Of a DNA stretch of 64,000 nucleotides, positions 45,318 to 54,689 are shown piece by piece. The notes beneath the pieces are model-generated. The model did not search any database. It was not told the origin of the DNA and saw only the letters and a list, made by a program, of their open reading frames with translations. The stretch's first letter is position 1. Each line of letters starts with the position of its first letter. This DNA is from a virus, in the IMG/VR virus record IMGVR_UViG_3300021376_000045, positions 4,396-68,395 of that record. One strand, 5' to 3'. The position numbers and the translations under genes are program-made.

Positions 45318-47824
45318 CCGAATAATCCTTCCAATGTGGCTTGTTCTTTTACTTGCCACCCAATGCAGCTAAGTAAAGAGTTGAGGGGGTCAAGAAACGA
45401 TTTTTCAAACATCGTGTCATAATCTATGTAATCATGAAGCTTGAACTCAAGAGGTACTTCATTTGCAAATGTAATCACGTGTGTCCCTAGTGGATTGGGC
45501 TCACGTAGGTAAAGAAACTTAATTTTATCACCCTCTTGAATTAACTGATACTTTTTTTCAAGATTGTTTGTAGCAACTAAATGATTATATATTAGCGCCC
45601 CTCTTACATGAATAGGGGTACCTTTACGAAATATGGAATTAGGATCACTGTACTCTTTAATGCCGTTAACTCCTCTAGGAAAAGCAATCTCTTCCGGATT
45701 AAGTTTTCGCCATTTTACTTCTAGATCGCTTACATATTTTTTAAGTGTATCTTCATCTTTAGTCAGTGCAATAGAAACTGCTTCCTTAAGCGCTTTTCTT
45801 ACAGGCGCCGGAGTAGAAGATCTTACAATCTCCATGCCTAATACTTTTAATTTAGGTGTTTCATAACTCACCCCTTCTGAATTATAAACGTTTACAGCGT
45901 ATCTCTTCTTAGCAATCCAAATACCTCTATCGGCAATAATTTCCCGCTTAAACTTAATTTTTTTCTGATACGTGTTTGTGTATGTTAAGAGGTTGTCACA
46001 AGCTTCGTTTATAATTGGCTCAATTTGCTCATTACTGTACCTATCGAGTTTTTCTACAATTTTAATTTTTTCTAGATCAGGCATATTTTTCTTTACCAGA
46101 TCCCCTAGGGTAATATACGTAGAATCGGTATCAGAATAGAAAGAGTATTCCTTACCTTTTGTTTTAGTTTCTGTGCTGACAAACTCATTTAGTTTTTTTG
46201 CTATAGAACGAATAATAAGCTGACCGGTCATTGTAATACCTTCAGCAATTCGTATATCATAATATCTAAAAAACACATTACCCATGGCACCGTAAAGTGA
46301 ATTCATTAAAATTTTAGCAGCCATTTGCTTTGAGTTTAAACTAGATATTAGACCTAGGTACTTAGGGTCTTTCGTCTTTTCGTATTTTTTTTGAGCATCA
46401 AGCATTTGCTTTTTAGCTTTTTGACGCTCGCTAAAATAAAATTCAATTAGTTCAGGAAATATTCCTTTTTTATCTCTTCTAAAACACTGCCCGTTGGCAG
46501 TCATTGCGTGATTATTATTGTGGACATTATCAGTATTAAATTCTCTATCAATAAGTCGTTGAATAGAACGCTCATCATCGGCAAGATATTTCTGCCCGTC
46601 TACTAATGTTTCTGGCGACATATTCCACGACATAATAATAGACGGATAAAGAGAAGTGGCATCAAACGATATAACCCAGTCATATTGTCCGGGCTTGGGT
46701 TCTTTTACAAACGCACCTATGATCTGTCTATCGGCAGCTGGATCTACTGGAGGGGGGTTATGTACTATAATATTCTCTTTTAAAAGTTTATTATAAAGGA
46801 TACAATCCCAAGTTCTTACTGATGAAAAAATATCTGTATAATTACACTTGGCATCATATGCCATTGTAAGAATAAGATTAATAATTTTCATCTTATCCTC
46901 CAATTGGTCTACAAGCTCAACGTCTACAATATTATAATCTACAAACAGTTCCCAATCCTTGGTATAAAATTCTTTAAAGGAACCGTAGTCATGTTTAATC
47001 TTCTCTTTACCCAGCTCTTCTTGCGCGACAGTATCTAGTCTATAATTTTCAACCATCTTATAAGAAAACTTTTTATAAAGATCAAGAAAATCAAGAATAG
47101 AAATACCAGACCAGTCGTATGCAAGTTGAGTTCGACCCCTTGCATACGGAACTTCATGAGTGCGAATATTACCCCACGGGGAACATTCGTCTAAAGCCTT
47201 CTCACCTAGCACCCGAAGTATGCGCGAAGACAAATAAGCAATATCAAACAGCTGGACGTTCCAGCCAGTTATAATATCAGGGTAGTTTAATTTAAATTCA
47301 TTAATAAATTTTCTCAGTAAATCAAACTCATCAGTACATTGAACGTAGTTAACATTTTCCTGTTTGACTAAGTACGGTTTGCATCCAAAAGAAATAATTT
47401 GCTTGGTATTAAAATCTTGCATTGAAACAAGAAGAATTTCTTCTTGGGCGTTTCGTGAATCAGGAAAGCCGTATTCAGTAGAAGTTTCAATATCGATGGT
47501 CACTATTTTTAATAGTGACATATCAAAACTGATCGTACCAGGAAAAAGTTTACTAATGAATTGGTAACTGTAGTTATAGTTACCGTAGATTGGAAAGTTA
47601 CTTACCTCTTTATACTGATTAACAAAATCACGTGCTTCCATCATAGTGTTAAACTTGACTTTATCAAGATTCTCACCCCACATGGTCTTATATTTGGATT
47701 CTTTACCAGTTCGTACATAAAGAACTGGCTGAAAGGGTATTTTCTGATTTACTCTTTTTCCGTCCTTAAATCCTCGAAAAAAGACATTATTACCCCTACT
47801 AAAGACATTGGTATAGAAGAGCAT
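45314..47824 (-). CDS. family B DNA polymerase gp43
   Basis: DIET exonuclease motif, DATSLYPS, KILMNSLYG, YSDTDS, KKRY. Confidence 0.97.
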   Translation of the reverse strand: MLFYTNVFSRGNNVFFRGFKDGKRVNQKIPFQPVLYVRTGKESKYKTMWGENLDKVKFNTMMEARDFVNQYKEVSNFPIYGNYNYSYQFISKLFPGTISFDMSLLKIVTIDIETSTEYGFPDSRNAQEEILLVSMQDFNTKQIISFGCKPYLVKQENVNYVQCTDEFDLLRKFINEFKLNYPDIITGWNVQLFDIAYLSSRILRVLGEKALDECSPWGNIRTHEVPYARGRTQLAYDWSGISILDFLDLYKKFSYKMVENYRLDTVAQEELGKEKIKHDYGSFKEFYTKDWELFVDYNIVDVELVDQLEDKMKIINLILTMAYDAKCNYTDIFSSVRTWDCILYNKLLKENIIVHNPPPVDPAADRQIIGAFVKEPKPGQYDWVISFDATSLYPSIIMSWNMSPETLVDGQKYLADDERSIQRLIDREFNTDNVHNNNHAMTANGQCFRRDKKGIFPELIEFYFSERQKAKKQMLDAQKKYEKTKDPKYLGLISSLNSKQMAAKILMNSLYGAMGNVFFRYYDIRIAEGITMTGQLIIRSIAKKLNEFVSTETKTKGKEYSFYSDTDSTYITLGDLVKKNMPDLEKIKIVEKLDRYSNEQIEPIINEACDNLLTYTNTYQKKIKFKREIIADRGIWIAKKRYAVNVYNSEGVSYETPKLKVLGMEIVRSSTPAPVRKALKEAVSIALTKDEDTLKKYVSDLEVKWRKLNPEEIAFPRGVNGIKEYSDPNSIFRKGTPIHVRGALIYNHLVATNNLEKKYQLIQEGDKIKFLYLREPNPLGTHVITFANEVPLEFKLHDYIDYDTMFEKSFLDPLNSLLSCIGWQVKEQATLEGLFG

Positions 47825-47829
47825 ACACT

Positions 47830-47858
47830 ATTGTAAAATGAAATAAAGAAGAAGTCAA
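47830..47858 (-). promoter_or_regulatory. sigma70-like gp43 promoter
   Basis: TTGACT-17-TACAAT. Confidence 0.7.
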
Positions 47859-47867
47859 CTGTTTTTT

Positions 47868-47875
47868 TATAAATA
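47868..47875 (+). promoter_or_regulatory. late promoter TATAAATA
   Basis: Exact motif heading the plus-strand operon. Confidence 0.65.
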
Positions 47876-47934
47876 TACGGTCTATCTATAATTATAGAAG
47901 ACAAAATTTGTAAAATCTACTTTCCAGGAACCAA

Positions 47935-48810
47935 ATGAAGAAAACATTTTTTAAGGTTTTCTTTGTTATGGCTACATCACTTACGTCAGCTATTGCTCAA
48001 ACAACGTATGATTCGAAAACACTGGTAGACACTAATAATAATAGTACCAGTACAAGCACTGTTAATTCTACCAACAATAACACATCGACCTCTACCTCCA
48101 CGAGCACGTCGACGGTTAACTCCACCTCTACTAACGTAAACACCAATAACAACGTTAATAGTGGGACTCAGACCTTTAATAACAATAACCACAACACCGG
48201 TACGGTTACTTATAACAACAACAACGTTAACACCGGTACAATGACGTATAACAATAATAATGTTAATACGACTAATTCAGATAATAAAAATACCAATGTT
48301 AATACCTCTAATTCCAACAACATTAATACAAACATTCAGCAAGGTGAAATGACGAATAGAAACATTAATGATAATAGAATTGATCAAAGAGTAATCTCTC
48401 CTCCACCTACAGCTATTGCTCCTGCAATGATGTCTGGGGGTAATAACGACTTATGTACTACTGGTACGTCTGGAGCTGTACAAACGCAAATTTTGGGTGT
48501 GAGTGCTGGTGGGACAGTTAGGGACTTAAATTGTGAGAGATTAAAGCTTTCAAAAACACTCTATGACATGGGTATGAAAGTAGCAGCTGTTGCAACAATG
48601 TGTCAAGATAGAAGGGTGTTTGATGCGATGTGGGCAGCAGGAACTCCTTGTCCTTTTGATGGAGAAATCGGTCAAAAAGCAAGAACATTGTGGGAAACTA
48701 ATTTAGATAAGTGGCCAAAACACGAAGAAGTAAAAACAGATGATACATTTAAGAAAATTGGTATTGGTGCTCTCATGGGCGCTGTTGTTTATAAGCTTTT
48801 CGGCTTCTAA
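47935..48810 (+). CDS. secreted N/T-rich repeat protein with Cys-rich domain and C-terminal anchor
   Basis: Signal peptide, NNNNVN repeats, four Cys, C-terminal hydrophobic segment. Confidence 0.75.
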   Translation: MKKTFFKVFFVMATSLTSAIAQTTYDSKTLVDTNNNSTSTSTVNSTNNNTSTSTSTSTSTVNSTSTNVNTNNNVNSGTQTFNNNNHNTGTVTYNNNNVNTGTMTYNNNNVNTTNSDNKNTNVNTSNSNNINTNIQQGEMTNRNINDNRIDQRVISPPPTAIAPAMMSGGNNDLCTTGTSGAVQTQILGVSAGGTVRDLNCERLKLSKTLYDMGMKVAAVATMCQDRRVFDAMWAAGTPCPFDGEIGQKARTLWETNLDKWPKHEEVKTDDTFKKIGIGALMGAVVYKLFGF

Positions 48811-50209
48811 AGCTGAGCCTCTAGACCCAAACCAAGTCTATAATACTGGTAACCTAGTATTACCCACTCCCTATGGTGGACCTACACCATGGGTGAATGG
48901 TGTTTATCAAAATGAACTAACTTGCTGGGCCTTTGGACTTTTTGGCTATTGTGGACCTAATCCAATTGTAAGACCAGGCAACAATATAAACTTTTCTTAT
49001 GGATGGACAGACCTCTATCAATCCCAATCTATAGCTAATGTACTTCCTAACTCAGGTACTGGATTGAGAGTGAATGGATATAATTTTGGATTTCAGGCTA
49101 AAAATGGAAATGGTTGGGATGATGGTAGAACTGATGTACTGTATGCATATGTACAATTCAATAAACCCGATGGATCGTTATTATTAAATCATACTCATAA
49201 TCTTACTTACCAATTTAACTGGACACAATTTAACTATAACCATAATTTCTCCACACCCTACCTAGCGAAAGATATTGGAACATTTAGATATGGTTTTGTT
49301 GGTAAGGATAACAATTTCTGGGCTGGTCCATACGGGCCAGAAATTAATAATGTATCTTTTAGCTTAAAATATTCGGTAGACCCATGTACAGTAAATGTAC
49401 TAAGTTCACCTTCTTGTCCGGGTTATTTAGAAGCATTGGCAAAACTTAATAAACCTGCGCCTGCGCCTGTATCTGAACCTATCACAACTACTTCTTTACC
49501 GGTAGTAAATTCCTCTTCTACTGCTAATACATATTCTCTAATTACTACTAACCCTGGTCAAGCAAAACAAAATACAACACCAGCTCCTACTACCTCGGTA
49601 AATAATACTAATATAACTACACCTTCTTTAAATACAATTTTAGGAATAGTAAGAGCTGAACAATCTAGAATTACTGCAGTAGAGACTTCTACTGTACAGC
49701 AAGCAAACGAATCAGCTACAACTGCTTCTGTACAAGCCCAGCAGACTGCGGAGAGAGTTGCATCATTAGCTTCCTCTTCTTCAGGTACAGGTTTAGGGTT
49801 ATCAGCAGGACCGGCAGTATCATACACCTTGCTTCAAGCCCCGGGACAGGGTTCAGTTATTTCATCAGAAGTTTCTTTAGTAGGACCTAACCCTATTAAA
49901 GATCAAATTGACAACGCCCTTCAAAATCAACAAAACCAAGTTCAAGAAAACCAAAATCAAAAACAAATAGAGGTAAAAAGAAACGTTCAAGACAATGATG
50001 CAGCCGCTGGAGTTAGCATAGCAATGCTTGCCAAACAACCCCCAGGGTTTGAATTATATTCTATAGGGATGAGAGAAAATAATTTTTATCCCCCTAAAGA
50101 AATATATAGAGAACAGAGAGTTGTAGATAATGAAAGAGTATTACGACAATTAAATAATAGAAGTGATAGACTACATCAGGAGATGGTGAATGAACAATAT
50201 AAAAATTGA
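48740..50209 (+). CDS. secreted beta-rich protein with S/T/Q linker
   Basis: Signal peptide; aromatic/Gly/Asn-rich domain; DPC..SPSCPGY. Confidence 0.7.
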   Translation: MIHLRKLVLVLSWALLFISFSASKAEPLDPNQVYNTGNLVLPTPYGGPTPWVNGVYQNELTCWAFGLFGYCGPNPIVRPGNNINFSYGWTDLYQSQSIANVLPNSGTGLRVNGYNFGFQAKNGNGWDDGRTDVLYAYVQFNKPDGSLLLNHTHNLTYQFNWTQFNYNHNFSTPYLAKDIGTFRYGFVGKDNNFWAGPYGPEINNVSFSLKYSVDPCTVNVLSSPSCPGYLEALAKLNKPAPAPVSEPITTTSLPVVNSSSTANTYSLITTNPGQAKQNTTPAPTTSVNNTNITTPSLNTILGIVRAEQSRITAVETSTVQQANESATTASVQAQQTAERVASLASSSSGTGLGLSAGPAVSYTLLQAPGQGSVISSEVSLVGPNPIKDQIDNALQNQQNQVQENQNQKQIEVKRNVQDNDAAAGVSIAMLAKQPPGFELYSIGMRENNFYPPKEIYREQRVVDNERVLRQLNNRSDRLHQEMVNEQYKN

Positions 50210-50540
50210 TAGACCGGAAACACGTGGATCAACCCCTATTCAAACAGAAGCGACTTTTTTCCCCGGTGTTATTAACACCGAATCTAATGATATAGACCTT
50301 AATAACGACGGGATAGTAAGCACAAAGGAAGAAAAGTTGTATGAAAGAAAAGCTGCTAACAGAAGAAGAATGGCTTGGGTTTCTTTAATTGCAATGATTA
50401 TATCAGCATTTGCAATTATGTTTTTAATTCCAGAAACCAGGTTACAAAAAATTAACTCAATGTTAGATCTTTATTGGATATCGTTGGGCGGTATCGTGGG
50501 TGCGTACGTAGGAATTAGTACCTGGATGTCAAAACGATAA
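50190..50540 (+). CDS. 2-TM protein with EF-hand-like loop
   Basis: DLNNDGIVSTKE followed by two TMs. Confidence 0.6.
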   Translation: MNNIKIDRPETRGSTPIQTEATFFPGVINTESNDIDLNNDGIVSTKEEKLYERKAANRRRMAWVSLIAMIISAFAIMFLIPETRLQKINSMLDLYWISLGGIVGAYVGISTWMSKR

Positions 50541-50550
50541 AAGGAACAAA

Positions 50551-51081
50551 ATGGGAGAAGAAATTAAAGACGTCAATAAAAAAGTTGACGAGATGGAGGC
50601 GGCGGTAAAAAAATATGCCTCTAAAGACACAGTAATTAGTATAGGGGGGTACGAATTTACTCCTGCTAAATTAATGGTAGCTTTTACTATTGTATCTTCT
50701 ATTCTTGGTGGACTGTATGGTGCGTTTGAAATTTATAAGTCCTATCAGGATATGAAAACTAAAATAGAAAAATATGTAGCACCCGACCTAAGTGAATTTG
50801 ATAAGAGATTAGAAGTAATTGAAAAGAATCAAAAATCAACTACTGATGCATTAAAGGATGGCGCAGCGAAGACCGCTGACTACACTCGTGACATAAAAAA
50901 TGATCTAAAAAATGACATACGTCGTTTGGAAAGCGTGGTAGAACAAGTTGAGCGAAGCTCTAAACAAATGCAAAGGGAAGTCAATCAGAGCTTAAAAGAG
51001 CAAGATAGTGAATTAAGACAGATTAGAAAAGAAACTGACGATAAAATTAAAAAGGCTCTGGACAACCCGTTAGCAAAATAG
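50551..51081 (+). CDS. TM plus coiled-coil protein
   Basis: GGLYGAFEIYK then a coiled coil ending ALDNPL. Confidence 0.7.
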   Translation: MGEEIKDVNKKVDEMEAAVKKYASKDTVISIGGYEFTPAKLMVAFTIVSSILGGLYGAFEIYKSYQDMKTKIEKYVAPDLSEFDKRLEVIEKNQKSTTDALKDGAAKTADYTRDIKNDLKNDIRRLESVVEQVERSSKQMQREVNQSLKEQDSELRQIRKETDDKIKKALDNPLAK

Positions 51082-51089
51082 GAGGGTTA

Positions 51090-51536
51090 ATGGCCGAACC
51101 TAAACCTCCTAGTATTGCTAAAATGGCAGTAGGAACAATAAAGGAAGCAAAAGAAGCTGGCGAAGAACTTGGAAGAATGATTGTTGAAATGCAGGCTCAA
51201 AACGAGCGGCAAATAAGACAACATCAAATAAAAGTATTAAATGATAGGCGCGAGGCAAGAGCACACGATCGGCAGTTAGATCAACGGGCTTTAAATGAAT
51301 GGATAGCTGAGAAAGAACGTGCCAAGAATTTAGAGCAAGTTAAGGCTGATGTGGAAAAAACTTACGGCAAAGGTTCCTGGGAAAAAATACAGGCCACTAA
51401 AGCTAAAATGAAGCAGATAGAAGCTGAAGACAAAAAACATGCTGATGAACTTAGAAACCAAATGAACGATTTATTTTGGTGGTGTTTGGGAGCAGCCGCA
51501 TTAATTACATATGTCTTTAAATTGTATAAATCATGA
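51090..51536 (+). CDS. coiled-coil protein with C-terminal TM
   Basis: SD AGGAGG; C-terminal hydrophobic helix. Confidence 0.65.
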   Translation: MAEPKPPSIAKMAVGTIKEAKEAGEELGRMIVEMQAQNERQIRQHQIKVLNDRREARAHDRQLDQRALNEWIAEKERAKNLEQVKADVEKTYGKGSWEKIQATKAKMKQIEAEDKKHADELRNQMNDLFWWCLGAAALITYVFKLYKS

Positions 51537-51641
51537 GACCAGCTCATATATTTGCTATTTTTAGTATATTTTTAGCACTGTTTTTAATTTGGATTGAACA
51601 TCAAAAATAACATAAATACAGTAGTAATTTAGGAAAGTGGA

Positions 51642-51920
51642 ATGAACGATAAAAGACTATTTAAATGGCTTGGTTTGTTAATCTTATTACCGCTTGCTTT
51701 AGCAATTTTTGGTGGTGATCGATTCAGGTATCCCTGTCAGGACCCGGCTAACTGGGATAAGGAGCTCTGTAAGTTACCTTTCTGTGATGTAACTAGAACC
51801 TGCCCAGAACATATCTTTAAAGGCGGTAGAGACCCAAGGCTCGGTCCTCCTAAAGACCAACCGATAGCACCTACCTCTCCAACCCCACAACTATCTCAAC
51901 CAACGGTGAATTGCAAATGA
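51642..51920 (+). CDS. TM protein with Cys-rich periplasmic domain
   Basis: RFRYPCQDPANWDKELCKLPFCDVTRTCPE. Confidence 0.7.
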   Translation: MNDKRLFKWLGLLILLPLALAIFGGDRFRYPCQDPANWDKELCKLPFCDVTRTCPEHIFKGGRDPRLGPPKDQPIAPTSPTPQLSQPTVNCK

Positions 51921-52489
51921 ACTTTTTCAGTTATGTATTAAGTTATTTTAAGAAAGATAAGGGAGCTGTTCCTGTGGAAGAAAAACAATCTGACTTTATG
52001 TACACCGAAGATCAGTTAATGGCTAGATTAAGATTCTTTATAGGAATTTGTCTTGCCCTCACCCTAACTGGAATTGTATTCGTGGTACTATATTCCATAA
52101 TTTTTGTTACTCAACCCCTTAACGCTATCTCCCCCATTGATCAGAAATTTTTTGAACTTATCATTCCTATTGCCACATTTTTAACTGGTACCTTATCAGG
52201 TATTATGTTAGCTGGAAACGATAAAGATGCAAAAATGAAAGCGTTAGATATGGCAGCAGGATCAAACAAGCCTTCCTCGCCTTCTCCCATCGGTGGGAGC
52301 CCTATTGCACCAATTAGACCAATGGGAATGGCCTCCACAATGGGAATGGCCCCCACAATGGGAATGGGTACAAATACATCAACCATGGCCTCTAGCCCTA
52401 TGGGGGGAATGTCACCTGCAGTAGATGAGGATGGAGCTGTAAGACCGGTGGTAAGAAGACCGGTTACTCCCAGGATTGATGAAGTATGA
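51917..52489 (+). CDS. 2-TM membrane protein with P/M/G-rich tail
   Basis: FFELIIPIATFLTGTLSGIML. Confidence 0.7.
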   Translation: MNFFSYVLSYFKKDKGAVPVEEKQSDFMYTEDQLMARLRFFIGICLALTLTGIVFVVLYSIIFVTQPLNAISPIDQKFFELIIPIATFLTGTLSGIMLAGNDKDAKMKALDMAAGSNKPSSPSPIGGSPIAPIRPMGMASTMGMAPTMGMGTNTSTMASSPMGGMSPAVDEDGAVRPVVRRPVTPRIDEV

Positions 52490-52562
52490 TTATGGATTAC
52501 TATGTAAGAATGTTTCTTTGGTGGTGGTACTTACCATTTGTAATACTCGGTAGCAAAGACGA

Positions 52563-53033
52563 CTAGTCCCAAAGACCACGGTAATATTTTCCAAATAGAC
52601 GAAGGCCATTATCAATACGCTTATTGTGTGCGGTAAGGCCTTCTTCGTCTACTTTAATTTTTTTTAATTGATCTATAAAATCTTCACCCTCGTCTACTTC
52701 TGAGTGATCAAAAAATTGAGCATCGTCATTTTCTGACGAAAGCTGGGTAAACGCCCAGATCATTTCTTCTAACACCCAATCCCACCGTTTAAAATAATTA
52801 TCATCCACCCCATGCTCCTTTACTGGTGGTGCTGATGTAGACTTTAATTCTTCCGGAACATCATTATTATCAACAGCTGGTCCCCCGTGGGTGGTTTCTT
52901 TTAATTGCTTTAACATAGGTACGATAATTAAAGCAAGTGTATGATCCATAGACCATGTGTCCCATGGGTCTATTTGTATTTTTACTACCCGTTCTTTATC
53001 TTTTTTAGGGTAAGTGCCTATTCTTACTTTCAC
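52563..53033 (-). CDS. conserved phage hypothetical protein
   Basis: DPWDTWSMDHTLA, GLRLFGKYYRGLWD. Confidence 0.75.
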   Translation of the reverse strand: MKVRIGTYPKKDKERVVKIQIDPWDTWSMDHTLALIIVPMLKQLKETTHGGPAVDNNDVPEELKSTSAPPVKEHGVDDNYFKRWDWVLEEMIWAFTQLSSENDDAQFFDHSEVDEGEDFIDQLKKIKVDEEGLTAHNKRIDNGLRLFGKYYRGLWD

Positions 53034-53202
53034 GCTGTTCCTTGGATTGGTTACGAGCTGAAATGTACCCGTTTTTAAGCGAGAATACTATAGCATCACC
53101 TTCTCGCCAATCTTGATCCTTACAAAATTCAGGAGTAAATTCTAAAATACTATCCCCTGAGTTATCTTCGGCGTTTAAAATTTTTGCTGTATATGTTTTC
53201 AT
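53005..53202 (-). CDS. AbrB-like small protein
   Basis: DWREGDAIVF pattern. Confidence 0.45.
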   Translation of the reverse strand: MKTYTAKILNAEDNSGDSILEFTPEFCKDQDWREGDAIVFSLKNGYISARNQSKEQRESKNRHLP

Positions 53203-53208
53203 ATTGTT

Positions 53209-53285
53209 TGGTAGGCCCGGAGGGGCTTGAACCCCCGACCAAGCGATTATGAGTCGCCTGCTCTGACCAACTGAGCTACAGGCCC
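53209..53285 (-). tRNA. tRNA with CAT anticodon, most likely Ile2
   Basis: Cloverleaf with CCA. The anticodon arm GGCGA-CTCATAA-TCGCT is of the ileX type and lacks the initiator GGG/CCC. Confidence 0.9.
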
Positions 53286-53293
53286 AATTAGGG

Positions 53294-53845
53294 TTATCGT
53301 ATTACTGTAGTTCGCTGAACGTTGACGTAGGAACCAGGGTTATAGGGAAGGGCAGTAGTACGTACTCTACCATCCAAAATATACGTTACATTATACCCTA
53401 CAACAATTTGTTGAAGTTGATTGGAATAAGAAGTCATGCAACGCGTTTGATAGACCGGTTGAGATTGATGATGATAATCACCTACTACTATCTCCCTACT
53501 TTGGCGAGAACGCGAATAGTCGTCTCCCATTTTAGCGCCTATAACAACACCAGCAATTCTTGCAACTTCTCGGCCGGTACCACCTCCAATTTGATTACCG
53601 ATAGCTCCACCAACAACAGCACCAACGAGACCACCAGTACTTCCAAAAACAGTGTCGTTAATAGCACCGATGACACCGCCTGAAGATTGATGTTGTTGAG
53701 AGTAAACAGGCTGTTGATTGCAGGAGTTTTGCGCCACCGTTACAGGTTCATTACGTATAATTGGTTCGACATGAGTAACAGGGGCTAGCTCAGCGTGAAC
53801 AGCAGCACTAACAAGTAGTAAAGATGCAACAACGGTTTTTTTCAT
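53294..53845 (-). CDS. glycine-zipper 2TM envelope protein
   Basis: Signal peptide; GAVVGGAIGNQIGGGTG. Confidence 0.8.
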   Translation of the reverse strand: MKKTVVASLLLVSAAVHAELAPVTHVEPIIRNEPVTVAQNSCNQQPVYSQQHQSSGGVIGAINDTVFGSTGGLVGAVVGGAIGNQIGGGTGREVARIAGVVIGAKMGDDYSRSRQSREIVVGDYHHQSQPVYQTRCMTSYSNQLQQIVVGYNVTYILDGRVRTTALPYNPGSYVNVQRTTVIR

Positions 53846-53869
53846 AAAAATCTCCTAATCAATAACTAT

Positions 53870-53910
53870 ATTATATAGTATCGCAGGAAAAAATCAACTG
53901 TTACGTTACT
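53870..53910 (-). promoter_or_regulatory. sigma70-like promoter with AGTAACGTAACAG box
   Basis: TTGATT-16-TATAAT; upstream box identical to the copy at 41283-41295. Confidence 0.7.
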
Positions 53911-53921
53911 TATTAAATTTA

Positions 53922-54119
53922 CTAGATAGAGCTAGTAAAATGGCTAATTTTTTTAAGAGCGTCTCTACGCATCAAAAAACGTCTGTTATTGTCTTTTTTA
54001 TATACAGTAATATAATCGACCCCATCAATTGATTGTACTTTAGTATAGTCATCACAAACCCAGATTTCTGAATTTAAAGGGTTTAATAGTGTTACTGGTA
54101 CTTTTTTATTTTTATACAC
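53922..54119 (-). CDS. hypothetical protein
   Basis: ORF track. Confidence 0.55.
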   Translation of the reverse strand: MYKNKKVPVTLLNPLNSEIWVCDDYTKVQSIDGVDYITVYKKDNNRRFLMRRDALKKISHFTSSI

Positions 54120-54432
54120 GGTGATGGAAAACTGTACCTGGTGATTGCTGGGTTGGAACTACAATCCCTGTACCAAAAAGACGATTGTATTGGTTATATA
54201 GTTCTTCAACTGGTTCCTCATTCCAAACTACCTGGGTGCGTGACAAAGTTACGGCATGCTCTTTGGTATAAGGGGCGTATGGAAGCATTCCCATTGAAAC
54301 TCCATCAGGCGATTTATCAGATCGAACTAATTGAAGTATGCAAGGAGTCTTTAGGGTAATTGTTGTATCTGTTTCTAAAGAAACATCAGCAATAATTTCT
54401 TCACCAGTTATGATTTTTAATAATCTAATCAT
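54112..54432 (-). CDS. Sm-like small protein
   Basis: LKIITGEEIIA..YNRLFGTGIVVP. Confidence 0.65.
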   Translation of the reverse strand: MIRLLKIITGEEIIADVSLETDTTITLKTPCILQLVRSDKSPDGVSMGMLPYAPYTKEHAVTLSRTQVVWNEEPVEELYNQYNRLFGTGIVVPTQQSPGTVFHHRV

Positions 54433-54601
54433 TTGCCAGGCTTTCTATAAATTTGTGTGCAATAACTTCATTGTAAAAAAGTTTAAATCTAACTTCCATT
54501 GTATACTGATTCTGACAAACAATCAATATCTGATCGTCGAGGGAGCTGGCCTTTATAAGCCAGTCCCCGACGCGTACTACTCTTAACGAGCAAAGATACA
54601 T
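54425..54601 (-). CDS. hypothetical protein
   Basis: 58-aa ORF MYLCSLRVVRVGDW; SD GGGAG; overlaps the next start. Confidence 0.45.
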   Translation of the reverse strand: MYLCSLRVVRVGDWLIKASSLDDQILIVCQNQYTMEVRFKLFYNEVIAHKFIESLAND

Positions 54602-54689
54602 TACTCCCAGTCAATATTGAAAATGAGTTCGATGTTTAGCTCGTTTTTTTTGTACTTCTAAAAACGAATTGTAAAAATTTTTAAAAAAA

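Noticed and set aside
52321-52370. ATGGGAATGG direct repeats as a CRISPR-like array
   Set aside because: They are in-frame MGMA coding repeats with no spacers. No CRISPR array was seen in the window.
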